Below, piece after piece: positions 22,771-35,480 of a DNA stretch of 64,000 bases; the stretch's first letter is position 1; every line of letters begins with the position of its first letter. The DNA is from Antechinus flavipes (Eukaryota): contig NC_067403.1 in assembly GCF_016432865.1 (NCBI RefSeq), positions 245,458,001 through 245,522,000 of the forward strand, read 5' to 3'. Under the pieces are notes generated by a model. The model made no database searches, had not been told where the DNA came from, and saw only the letters and a list, made by a program, of their open reading frames with translations. The translations under genes and the position numbers were made by a program.

Positions 22771-25700
22771 GATATTTTTGTTGATATTTATTTAACCCTA
22801 AGAACATAGTAAAGTTATAGATATTATATATTAAAATTTAATACACATTTTGAGTACCTACTATGTACAGTATTAAATATCATAGAATGCCTGCATCAAA
22901 GTCAGTGTTTGTCATGTTTAGATCCCATAACTTTGATCACATTACTATTTACATGGTTCTTGGTGCTACATATTATGCTACATTAATCAATTCAACCAAT
23001 TGTGACGGAAAGAAGCCTGCTCTTTGTCCTCTCCTAAAAAAGCAGATTAGTATATTGAATGGGAAAGAAATCATTGTTTAAATTGACAGTTGATGTTTTT
23101 TTTTTTTTTTTCCACATTTTAAGCAGCATTTCTGTATTTTAGAACATCCATTGTGATCAAAGAAAAAGATTACAAATATGATGCACACCTAGGGAATCAG
23201 TAAAATACATTTCATTTGTTTACAAGTTTACTTGGCTGCCTTCTTAATGATGACATAACTATATGTTGGAGAACTTTGGTATGGATGACAGATGAAAGGT
23301 TTTTATTTTGTTCTGTATTTCTTTAGGGATAATATTTAAAAGTCACCTTACAATCTTACGATCTTTCTAGTCTTAAGATTAGACTTAATCTATGACAATC
23401 TAAATTGATTGAAAGGGAAATTCCAGAGACACTTTGTTCAAGTACCTCAATTTATACAGAAAGATATTGAGATCCAGAAATCTCAAATATTTGCCAAATA
23501 TTCTCAAAATATTCAGTTGTAAAAGTAATAAAAGAAAATTATTCTTGTGGCATATTTATATTAGACATTCAATTCAAAAAAATAAGTAAATTTAAACTTC
23601 TTCCTAAAAGCTCCCTAACCCAATACAACAGGCTTATTATGTTACTCATCATTAGCTTTCTATTTTAGATTTTTTTTCTATTTACTGTAACCTTAATCTA
23701 GAATTCTATCTCCTAATTATTTTTCTAATTTCTAATTTCTTTTCTAATCTGAGAATGACTTCTCAGGTGAAATATGTGAAAATGGAATGGTTACTGACTT
23801 AACTGAAGAACTTGGTTGCTCAAGCTCCTTTATTATCCAAAAGAGGTATGAATGAACTGAGAATCAGAACTATCTGAGGAGTAGATACACTCAGTATTCA
23901 TAAATAAGCACATCAAACATTCTTTGCAGTATCAACAAATTAGAAATTACTTGTAGTACTCATGTATCAGAGGTTCTTTTTAGTATTTGCATACCGAATC
24001 CCAGGACACCCCTTGCTTTGCCACAGAGTCAATTTATCTTGACTCATGTCCCGTGAATAAAATCATAATGTGATTATTACCCAACTGCACCTGTGATTTT
24101 TGTCTTGATAATATGATTAGACTATTATGTGATTACTGCATCTGTCCTTTCCTGACCTGTGATTTTTGAATTTATAATTGCTACATACATAAACCCACCC
24201 CAAAATTAGTGTTGATTGTCATTTTCATATTGCAAATTTTGTCTGAACAGAGGGGAATCAAAAGCCCAACAACAATTCAACTCTGTCTTTCTTATATTAA
24301 ATTCAGAAGTTTGACAAATTAATCTCTAAAATATTTCATTTTCTTCAAGACCAAACTTACATGTTTAATCTCTACTGTGAGAGATGTTTTTTATGTATAA
24401 TGACTCAGTATCAGTTCAGTTTGGATGGAGTAAGATACTCATTTTAAAAATATCTTCAAAGCCTTCTTCTGGCTAGAATGAAGTCATGGGGAGGGAAAAA
24501 AGGAACTATAATCAAAGGAACTTATCTCTAACTATAACCTATATTGATGGAAAAAAAATCCATGAAGAAAAAATAGTGAATATTTTAAAAATAAGGTGTT
24601 AGAAATAATGATGAGAATTACGTGGAAATTCAGTAGCATGATAAGATTGAAAAGTCTAAATAAGCCAGAGAAGTTAATTTTAGATATTTAGTTAGCAGAA
24701 ATTTCATAAAGACAAAAACAGTCCTTTTGTCATTTCCCAATCCAATATCTCACATCCTATATTTTCCCCTGATTCTCCATTTTAATCTTTCTCAACTTAA
24801 AGTAATTATTTTACCTCTCCCCCCCCATTTTATATCTGTGGCATATCCCTCACAATAAGATACAAGTTCCTTGATGACACAATTTTCCCTCTGTTTTCAT
24901 TTCTTTCCACATTGCCAAAACAGTAATAAATTGAATTTGATGAGATTGGATCATGGCTTACTATGTTATGTGAAATTCATATGACTTTGAGGCAAGGAAT
25001 CTCTAACATGCATGCTTTCATAATGTGAGCAAATTATATTCTTTGCAAGTTCTTTTCTATAACCAACTTAATGAAAGAACAAGAGATGAAACATGAGAGT
25101 TAATGATTAGAGAAGAACTTGCAGTTGGATACTGGGATTTTCTAAGATTTTTTTTCCCAAGATGGCATTTCCTCTTGGCTATACTCTATATTAAACTTAT
25201 AAGATCCTCAAAATCTGTAAATGGTAAGGTGTTGTCCAGCCCTATCATGCTATGTTCTAAGTTTTAAAGATGTTTCATCTCTGACATTCTAATTCTGTTT
25301 TAAGGTACCTTGAAATACTCTTATTCTAAGCCTATCAGTTCTTCAGGTTTCGTATGTCCTATTTACCTGTAGAATACATAATACTATAAGGTTTACTTTT
25401 TCTCTGTCAATATCAGTTATAATGTAGATATTTTTCCTTCCTCAGTTACTTTAGTTCCCTCACTTAATTATTTTTTTTCATTATTTTCCTCATTATTTCT
25501 TCTCTGCCCTTTCCAATCTTTCAATTAGCATTTTAAAACATAGCTTCTGGTATATGACCATCTGGACAATAAAGAACAGTAATTCCAAATGGCCACTCAC
25601 ACCTTGATATATTATTCTCTATACTTATATCTCTTTTCCCAATACATTTCCTTCCTGAGTAAATTTATTGGTTTTTCCAAGCTGCCAAAATAACTTTCAT

Positions 25701-26864
25701 GATAAACAATTTTCATCGTGTTTCACTACACTGCTCATAACTTTTCAATGGCTCCCACAAACTTTCAGGAAAAGTTGAAAATTACTTTTGTGTTATTTGC
25801 TGTTTACAAAGCTTTTTTTTTTTTTGGCATGTTTTACAATTCTTATTTGATTTGATTTCGTTTTCTCAACTGAGAAGTAGTTGTTATCAACATTATTTTA
25901 AAAACTGAGTAAGCAGAGAAGTAACTGTCTCAGTTTTTTTTTTTTTTTTTTTTGATAGTTCTGAGGTTGAATTTTCTGACTTAGGGCAGGCACTTAATAC
26001 CTATTTATTGAGTTATTGATAACTGGAATGATAAGTAGCCCCAAAGAAAGACTGGCAGTGACAAGAACAAAGAATTCACGGAAAAGATCTTAGATTAAAA
26101 GGAGATATTCCTGCCCCAAAGCTGGTTCCTGAAGAGGAGAGATTATAACTCTGTTAGATAATTGAAAGTTATGTAATGAGTGGGTCAATAAGACATTTGA
26201 ATTAAAATGCCTGTTTAAGTGATAACTGCTTCTACCTTGCCACTTGCTACTAAACAAACATCTGATGACTATTTAGTTGAAGTTCAAGTTAACCTCCAAC
26301 CTAGTGGCCAAATCTAATGAGAATATTATAAGACTTCTGAGATATAGCTCAGTCCAGGGGAACCTATCAATGGACACAATTGACTAGACCACTATGTGAT
26401 TACCATGCTGAAACTAAACCCCACCCCCAACCATGATCATGCTTTCTGTCTTTATAACCCCTGCTGCCTAACTCAATTCTAACTGTTGCTTCCATGTATG
26501 TCTTCCTGCTTAAGGGGAATAAACACATGCCTAAAACCTAACTCTTTCTTATGGACATACAATTGAATATGAAAAAATTGAATAGATTGTTAATTCATAA
26601 ATATTAATTCACTAAATGATGGTAAAGTTCAGATAGCAAGCAGAAGGGAGCAATCGAGGAAGGAAGGGGAAGAGAGAGCAACAATAAGAGTAAATAAGAA
26701 ATATTTAGCATGAGACCAATTAGAATGGGATGTAGGACAGCTAAGACTGAGTCATTGCATCAGATTTTTTTATGTGTTAAAAATAATTCCTGGCAATAGT
26801 CCACAAGGAAAAAAGTGTTGTACATATAACAACACCAATTCCCAAACTCTTTTAAAGATATTCC

Positions 26865-27095
26865 TTTGGGGATATTCCACAGGATGATGTGAAAAGAGAC
26901 ATTACAGTTGAGTTCCTAGTATTCTTTTGTTCCCCTTGGGAAGATGGCATACATTTGAGATTTTTTTTCTGAATTACATAATTATTATTAAAAGAAGGTT
27001 TCAGAAGCTTCAGGAAATGAGAAAATACCCTAGCAAGATCCATGGGTCTAGGCCATATGAGTTCTGAGCAGAGATTTTCTCCTCAGCAGGTATAT
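26865..27095 (+). promoter_or_regulatory. Candidate OR promoter and exon 1 donor for gene 3
   Basis: O/E-like CCCCTTGGGA 26932-26941; donor ctcagcag|GTatat at 27090. Confidence 0.6.
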
Positions 27096-30000
27096 GTACT
27101 ATCCCACTGTACTTGTTTCAGATTTGTTATTATTAGTAGTAGTAGTAGTGGTGGTGGTGGTGGTAGTAGCATTTATTACTTAGCATTTTCATTATAACTA
27201 GAGTTGAAAAATGTAATCAAAATCAAAATAATTTTCAATGTGCTAATCAAGCTACTATTATGTTGCATAGACAGCCATCTCTCACTTTAAAGTCTAGAAT
27301 GTTAGTTCTGTGTACATTTTATTTGGATAAATCCTAGAATGGAGCACAATTGAAATTCTTCTTCATAAAATAAGTTATGATCTTAAAATAGAAAAAAAAA
27401 ATTAGCTGTTGGAGCCTTTACTATTTTTATCTGGAGCATTTTTTCCAGTTCTGTACCAAATTTCTTTCAATGATTCTGCAACTCTTTTTCATACTCTGAG
27501 AGTGTTGTCTGGGATACTGGGATGTTAATCAGTTCGAAATGAATCACATGGCTAATCCAAGACAGGGACCACAACATAAACATTTTTTAAGGTCTTGAGT
27601 AGCAGTTCCCACAGCAGATTCATGCATGGAAAAAGCAGGTCTTACTTTGTTCTGTGAGAATGGTTTCCAAGTTAATTGTCTCAAATCTTAAGGGCCATTG
27701 AGTCTTGTGATAATTCAGTGGGTACAGAACCAGAGTTACCATGGCAGTAACAGGAGTAAAGTCGGTTACAAGAAACAGGAATTGTGAGCATGACAAAAAA
27801 AATATGATGAATCACTTTAGGCTGATTCATCCCTCAGCAAAATCTGGTCAAAGGACTACATCTTGACAGAAGGGGAACTCATCCAGAGCCCAAATGATTG
27901 CTGTTATGCCAAGCTGAGGTTCCAGCCTGCTTGTTGGTCCTTTCATGTAGAAACAGGGTGTCTCCAAATAATTTGTGACAATCTTAAACAGGAAGATGAA
28001 AACTGAATATTGTTAAATGAAAAACAGTTGGCACTATAGTAGGACTTCTTAAACGTCTACTTGTGAATACTTTTCACCTGAGAAATGGTTCAATGACCCC
28101 AAGTAAATAAATATGTGAAATAGGTATCCAAATAAAACAATTCTGGATAATAAATAATAATTTGATAAGCCTCAAGTTGAGTTATGAGTTGCCATATTGG
28201 CCCACAGTTTAAGTCAGAGCTGGGGGCTAGAGGATTGAATAAATAACAACAACTCATTTAACAATTCCTAGGTGAAAACAGTCATGAAGTTTGTGCTAGT
28301 TCAATATAAATTGTCTGAGTTGAAGAAATAGTTGAATTAAAGTCTTCCTTCTATTCAAGAGAATATGCTATTAATGGATGGTTTTGTAGATATATGGAGA
28401 TTAGAGGTGCTTGAAGGTAGAATTTTATGAGCTTATTCCTAATGTTCTGATGATTAAAGATTTGAATTATCTGGGATGCATGGGTAAAGACAGAGCATTC
28501 CACAGATGATGACAGATAATGTTATAAAGGAATCTGTGATAATTCTCCCAATACCTACATAACTCTTTCCTGTTACAATAATTTATTGCATTCCATAATA
28601 TAATTATTTTTTTTTTATCTCAAACTACAGTAAAGTAGCCTGTTAAGACAAAAAAAAAATAGACCATCTAAAAAGGTACACTGTCTATTTAGAGATTTGG
28701 GTTCAAGGCAGAGGATGAACATTTCCACTTTTCTGAGAATGAGCACAATGAATATGTGGTAAGAGTAGAAATCTTCATAAGGAAATAGAATTTTACAAGT
28801 AGGAAGGTCATTGTAGTGAAGCTGGGGAATAATATCAGAAGTACTGAATAAGGTTAGTTATCTACTATATCTCTGGAAAGGAGAGATTAAAGATGAATTC
28901 TCAGCTTTGATATGACTCGATCAGGACCTTTTCTTGGGTCTCAATATCTTCTTGGCTTTCTGATGATCTGTCCATGATATATCTTGCTGCTTCAATGTGG
29001 GTAAGTACTCATCACAATGAATCTTATCAGTCATTGCAATAGGAATTTTTGTTATTGTTCATGAGGAAAAATATGTCAAAATTTAAAATGATTTCATAAA
29101 GAAATGTGTTAGATCATTTAGTTGAGGTAGACAAGCCAGAAAGGAGGTATAACTCCCTCTCATCCAGATTCTGGAAGGTTTATATCATACAAATTCAGAT
29201 TAGGATATTCACAGATGGATTGCATATATACAGGCAGATAATTTAACTAAGAAAATAACTTAAAAGTAAAGTAGAAGAAGATGAATGTGAATATATATAT
29301 ATATATTCCACAAAATGTGGGTGAAGCCAAAATAGAAGAGAATATAAAACACAGCTTGGGTAGACCCAAAACAAAAACATTCAACGAGGACACAATATAG
29401 CAATGTTTGGGGTAGATCCAAGATCTCAAGGACCACCAAATTCCTTGCAGCCATTTTGTTTTCCTAAAAACTTACTAAGGCTAACCCACATTCTGAATGA
29501 AAATCACATAATATTGATTTAAACAGTAAAAATATTAATGTTTCCAAAAAATATCATATTTTCTTCACAAAGTTAACATCTTATGAGTCTTCTATGATTG
29601 CTTTAATGGCTCTTATGATCCTAGCCATATTTTGGGAGGGCTTAAATCAATGAACTTTGAAATCTATAGAATCAAACCCATTTCACCATTTAGGCTCATT
29701 CAATCCATAATTTATTAATTAATAATTTATTAAAAGAGTAGTTTTAGCCATGACCTTAAAGGAATTTGGATTTTTTTTTCTTTTGAGGAAAAACATACCG
29801 ATCATCAACTTTTAGAGTCTCTTATGAATGATGTTTCCAAAACAAAAGCAACATACTTTTCACCAAAAAAAAAAAATTAAAAAAAGATCTCACTCCCAAG
29901 GTACATTGTGTTAGAGCTAATGCCCCCCCCCCCCCTTATACATTGCATGGAGCTGAAATCAGTATTGTGTAAGGATATGAATTTGCTTTCAAAAGAAGAA

Positions 30001-30099
30001 AATATATGAATAGAATTTTAAATTTAATCTGCATTATTGTTATTTTCTATATGTACAAGCATTTCTACTCATATGAAAAAAAATGTTCTATATCATTAT

Positions 30100-31055
30100 T
30101 GACTATAGAAATGTAAATTGAGATACCTCTGAGATACCACTATACCTCTTAGGTTGGCTAATATGGCAGTAAAAGATAATGATAAATGTTGAAGGGGAAA
30201 TAGGGAAATTGGGACACAAATACGTTACTGATGGAGTTGTGAAGTGATCCAACCATTTTGAAGAACAATTTGAAGCTATGCTCAAATGGCTATCAAACTA
30301 TGCATCCCCTTTGATCTAGCAGTCTCTTTATTGGGTTTGTATCCCAAATACATGAAAAAAAGTAAAAAAAGACCCACATGTACAAAAATGTTTGTAGCAT
30401 CCCTTTTTGTAGTGGCAAGGGATTGGAAAGGAAGTGGTTACCTATCAGTTGGGGAATGAATGCTGAAGACTTTATGATATGTGACCATTCTATAAGTAAT
30501 TATCAACAGGCTGATTTCAGAAAGGCCTGGCAAGATTTACACAAACTGATGGTTAGTGAAGTGAATAGAACCAAGAGAACACTGTACATAGAAAAAAAAC
30601 AAACAAAACAAAACATTATGTCATTATCAATTGTGATGCCCTTAGATCTTCTCAATCATAAGATGATTCCTGTCAATATGCCATATGCATTCAGAAAGAG
30701 GATTATGGGGATTGAATGTAGCTCACAGTCTAGTACTTTTATCATTTTTGTTGTTGTTTGCTTGCTTCCCCTCCTCCCCCCCCCTCGCTCTCTCGCTCTC
30801 TCTTCTTTTACTGTTTTGAGCTGATTGTTTTTTCTTGTGTAGCATGTTAAAGGAACAAATATGTTTAGAAGAATTGCTCAGGTTTAGCCTATATTTATAT
30901 AAAGGTTTAACCTATAGTTATATATTTAACCTACACTTTAGGGAAAGAGAATTAAAAGAAAGGAAGGAGAAAAATTGGAATAAAAAGTTTTGCTATTGCA
31001 AATGTTGAAAACTATATTTACATGTATTTTAAAAATAATTATTAATTTTTTAAAT
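30100..31055 (+). mobile_element. 5'-truncated L1 (ORF2 end plus 3' UTR); copies at 40975-41910 and 53085-54025
   Basis: ctgagataccactatac...gataaatgttg...cccacatgtacaaaaatgtttgtagca, typical L1 ORF2 C-terminus with stops. Confidence 0.85.
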
Positions 31056-32039
31056 TGTACCCAGGAATTAAACAAAGTTGAAGTTTGATCAGGACAGAGG
31101 AGAGTGGCTCTTCTTATAATTAAATTTTAAAATTATGTTCAATTAATCCAGTCTAATATTTTATTTATTTTAGAAGTATTCATATGACTACAATGGAATT
31201 GATACGAAGTATGAATTTATTAAAATCCCCAGATGATTTTCCCCATGGCAATTGTCTTAACAAATTTCAAGACTAATATTTAACATTTTGATTAATTTTC
31301 TCAGGAGATATTTTTTTCAGGAAAAAAAATGGTTAAGAGCCTTCTGTGTGTCAAGATCTTTTCTAATTGCTGGGTATATTAAAAAAAATAAAATTAAAAA
31401 ACAAGAACCATGCTCAGCTAATGAGGAAACATGAAAACCATTGTGTATAAGCAAAATATAGACAATGAATTATAGATAAATAGGGGAGATGGGGTAACGG
31501 CTTCCTAAAAAAATAACTAGAATTTAAGTAAAGTGACTAATAACTATTTTATCATTTTCTATAAACTTAGCATATTTCTAATAAAAATGAGAAATACAAA
31601 GGTAAATGAAATTTTCATTGTATGCAATTATTCATTTTCTTAACTTAATGATCAAATATTTAGATGTGGAAGACTCCTGACATTACTCTCATTTATCTAG
31701 CTAGCTATGGGTAGAAAATTTGTATTCAATTTGTACTTTGAATTTAATATTTATTAACATTTCCCTCCATTTTAAAATCTAGACATTCAACAACATAATA
31801 AATTTTTTAAAAATTCCTTGATTTCTCTTTTTTGCTAATTCCAAGGTATGAATTTTCACTAAAAAATTTGCCAATCAGTTCTTATGAACTGATTTCAAAA
31901 CCTCAGGAATCAGATAAAATATCTCTCCAAATTTAAGACAGCCTTTTCCAAATGATTAACAACAACAATATTTAATCCTAAAATATAGCAGTTTACTTAA
32001 GTTGCCCGTTCTAGGAAATCATTTTTTGCATTCTAAACT

Positions 32040-32171
32040 GTTTTCTCATTTAATTTCATAGCGGATAAAACTGATCAAACATGTTTCAGGAAATCTTCCC
32101 ATGTGAGCACATTCATTCTCATTGGAGTCTCCAAGCATCCAGAGCTTCAACTTCCTCTCTTCTTCATCTTC
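32040..32171 (+). pseudogene. OR 5' stub (splice acceptor plus about 105 nt of a type-A OR8J CDS) upstream of gene 3
   Basis: catagcggATAaaactgatcaaacATGtttcaggaaatc...cttcttcatctt aligns to the start of gene 2; the first ATG is changed to ATA at 32065. Confidence 0.9.
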
Positions 32172-32472
32172 AATTTCTTAAGTCAATATAATTTAAAAAA
32201 TCATAAATGTTATACTTGCTAATTTCCAAAATATACATTCTCACACTCAAAATTTAACAGTCAACTCTTTGAACACATCTAAATAATCTAGAAATCAGAA
32301 AAAAAAATCTGTCTAAATCTTATATAGGTTTTTCAAAAGAGTTAAAAAGAAAAAAAAAGCTTAAACGTGGGATAGAGTGGTTTACTACAGTGGTTGCAAC
32401 TTCTGGCAAATCAGCTTCGGCCTTCTAAACTCTTTTCCTATTTATTCCCATAGCAGATGAAATCAATCAAAA

Positions 32473-33420
32473 ATGTTTCAAGGAAATCTCTCTCATGTGA
32501 CCACATTCATTCTCATTGGAGTCTCAGAAAATCCAGAGCTTCAACTTCCCCTCTTCTTCATCTTCTTTGCAATCTATGGAGTGACCGTGACTGGAAATGT
32601 GGGAATTATCATACTCACTAGTATAGATTCTCACCTTCAAACTCCCATGTACTTTTTCCTCAGACACTTGGCAATCATCAATCTTGGCAATTCTACTGTC
32701 ATTGCTCCCCAGATGCTGGTTAATTTCTTGCTGGAGAAGAAAACCATTTCCTACTATGGATGTATAATCCAACATGCAGGTTTCATAATTTTCATAGTTG
32801 CTGAGGTTTTCATGTTGGCTGCTATGGCCTATGACCGCTATGTGGCTATTTGTAATCCCCTGTTATATATGGTTGTGGTATCACGGAAGGTTTGCATCCT
32901 ACTTGTCATCCTCATATATATTTATGGCTTCTCAACATCAGTGACAATCACCTCTTGGGTTTTCTCGATGTCCTACTGTTCTTCCAATGTCATTAATCAT
33001 TTTTACTGTGACAATATACCTTTGTTAGCTTTATCTTGCTCTGCTACTCATATACCAGTGACTATAGTCTATATCACTGCAACTACCGATCTCTTCGTTT
33101 CTTTGACAATTATCCTGGTGTCCTACTTCCAGATCATCTTGGCCATCCTAAGGATACGTTCAGCAGAAGGAAGAAAGAAAGCCTTTTCCACTTGTGCTTC
33201 CCACATAACAGCTGTCACTATTTTCTATGGGACACTCTTTTTTATGTATGTGCAGCCCCAGTCAAACCATTCCTTAGATACTGACAAAATGGCTTCAGTG
33301 TTTTATACACTAGTAATCCCAATGTTGAATCCCTTGATATACAGTCTGAGGAACAAGGATGTAAAGGAGGCTCTGCAGAGAGTTCTTACTAACTCTTGCC
33401 AAACTTTTAAAAACATGTAA
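32473..33420 (+). CDS. OR8J3: Olfactory receptor OR8J3-like (gene 3, type B N-terminus MFQGNLS), 315 aa
   Basis: Intact ORF with all OR motifs. Met-to-NxS spacing matches human OR8J (MAPENFT). Confidence 0.95.
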   Translation: MFQGNLSHVTTFILIGVSENPELQLPLFFIFFAIYGVTVTGNVGIIILTSIDSHLQTPMYFFLRHLAIINLGNSTVIAPQMLVNFLLEKKTISYYGCIIQHAGFIIFIVAEVFMLAAMAYDRYVAICNPLLYMVVVSRKVCILLVILIYIYGFSTSVTITSWVFSMSYCSSNVINHFYCDNIPLLALSCSATHIPVTIVYITATTDLFVSLTIILVSYFQIILAILRIRSAEGRKKAFSTCASHITAVTIFYGTLFFMYVQPQSNHSLDTDKMASVFYTLVIPMLNPLIYSLRNKDVKEALQRVLTNSCQTFKNM

Positions 33421-33644
33421 TTTGACAAATATTTGTGTAAACAAAGAGATTCACAATCTGAAGTATCACCTCTCAAATTATGATTGTTATCCATGTAAAT
33501 ATAATTCAGCATATAGCCCTTTGTTTATGATAATGTTCTTGGTCTTTATTTATAATAATGTGATCACTGGTTTAAAGCATGTGATTTATTTTAAATTCTT
33601 TTTTTTCCCCATCCCACCACCATTGAGGCATATAACTTTGCTAC

Positions 33645-34165
33645 TACTATGGCTTTGATCACTATAGAGCAGTTTTTTCAACATGGCTACAATTTTAATT
33701 TCCATGATTTTTGGTATAATTGAGCATTATTAAAACATTAAAAAATTTCAAAATTTAGATAAGAAAATAGTCATTGAATATAATATTGGTGTTCACAAAA
33801 ATCATTCTTTCCCATATTCACTTTGAGATCATTTTTGATATTTGAGACCATTCCACTTAATTTTTTTGATAAGTTTTTATAACACCACCAAATTGATAAT
33901 ATGTATTTTTTGCCCAGGGAAGGTAATAGCTCTCCAGAAGCACTAATGTAATGCACTTTTTGCTCCTTCTTTTGTGATGTGAATATCAGAAAAGGAAATG
34001 TACAGGAAAGGAGAGATATTACAGAAGGTATATCCAATTAAATTGGATACATAAAAAGATAAACTAAATGTAGCCACAATGTGCAAAATGTTATGGAAAA
34101 CACCTCCTTTGTATCAAAGAATGATACATCTCATAGATTCATGGAATCATGATGAGCTGTGCAGA
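33645..34165 (-). pseudogene. OR5T: 3' half of OR5T-like pseudogene (TM4-TM7), 5' part replaced by an L1-derived insertion
   Basis: GGVFHNILHIVATFSLSF near 34090 and IVAMLKKLLYS (degenerate IVIPMLNPIIYS) near 33680. Confidence 0.75.
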
Positions 34166-34184
34166 ATTAGGAATAAGAGATGCA

Positions 34185-35480
34185 CATATCTGGAAAAAGG
34201 GAAAGGGAGAAGTGGAATCATGCTATAAAATAAGAGGCTGGAAAAAGCTTTTACAGTGGAAGGGAAGAGGGAGAGAAGAGGGAGAGTGAGTAAACTTTGC
34301 TATCATTGCAATTGGCTCAAATAGGAAATAACATAGATACGCAATAGAAATATTTCTTATCATGCAGGAGAATAGGAAAAGAATGGGATATTTGAGGTGG
34401 GAGGGTGATAGAGAGATCATATGAGGGGAGAGATTGTTCAGAACAGAACACTTTTGAGGAGGGAAAGAGTGAAAGAGAGGATAATGGGGGGACTACAATT
34501 TGCAATAGTAATTGTTTAAAAAAATTAGAAGCAAGTTTCTATGATAATGCCTCATTTCTCAAACATAGATGAAACTGAGTCAAAATTATACAAAAAAATA
34601 AGAGCCATGCCCCAATTGATAAATGATCAAAAGATATGATCTGTAACCAAAGGGATGTAAATTTATGCATATTATCTGGCCTAATAACACCACCAAGAAT
34701 GAATAAAAAGAAATTTTGGGGGTCCGGAATGAGGGGGAAATTACATGATCTATATGAACAAAAAGTATTCATGGTAGTTCTCTTCTCAGGACACCACCAA
34801 GAATGAACCAAAAGAAATTTGTGGGTGGGGAATGGAGGGAAAAGAAAATGACCTATATGAACAAAAAATATTGATGGTAGTTCTCTTCTCAGGACAAAAA
34901 AAAATACTAATTGAGAAGATGCCCATTAATTGGGGAATGGCTCAATAAAACGTGGTATGTGTTTGTGATGAAATATTGTTCTCTGAGACATGGTGAGCAG
35001 GATGCTCTCAGAAAACAATTGGCAAACCCCTCCATGAACCAAGTGAAATATACTGTATACAAAATAATAGCAATGTTCTGGGATGACCAATTGTAAATGA
35101 CTTTATAGTTTTCAAGAGTACACATTCACAACTTCTCTGAAGGACTCATCATGAAAAATCCTATCCATATCTAGAGAAGGAACTGGCTATATTTGAATAT
35201 TTATTGAAGCATTCTCTCTGCCTCTATTTCTGCCTCTGTCTCTCTGTTTCTCTCTCACTTTTTAACTTAATTATTCTTGAAAGTATTTATTTTTTATTAG
35301 AGTGGGAGATGTATGTTTTCTTTCACAAGTTGACTTTTATGGAAATGTTTTGCACAATTGTAGAAAAAAATTAATGTAACAGGGAAAATAATAAATAAAT
35401 TATATGTTATATATAATATAATTAAATTAAATATAAATATTAAATAAACTATGCATGACATAAAATAAATCCTTGAAATT
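34185..35480 (+). mobile_element. HAL1-like L1 derivative; copies at 45085-46370 and 57185-58490
   Basis: Purine-rich spacer joined at aaaaaattagaagcaagtttctatgataatgcc to the ORF2 3' remnant and 3' UTR, ending in an A-rich tail. Confidence 0.65.
34687..34895 (+). repeat. 104-bp tandem duplication inside the unit 3 HAL1-like element
   Basis: acaccaccaagaatgaa starts at 34687 and again at 34791; single copy in units 4 and 5. Confidence 0.9.

Noticed and set aside
30378-30824. 148-aa ORF, the longest non-OR ORF
   Set aside because: It lies within a degenerate L1 ORF2 end and 3' UTR, and is broken in the paralogs at 41324-41709 and near 53400.
32524-32775. Recurring 83-aa minus-strand ORFs (also 43400, 55528, 20559) and 82-aa alternate-frame ORFs (33036, 43912)
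   Set aside because: They are shadows of the OR coding sequence and recur only because the genes are near-identical; there are no independent gene signals.
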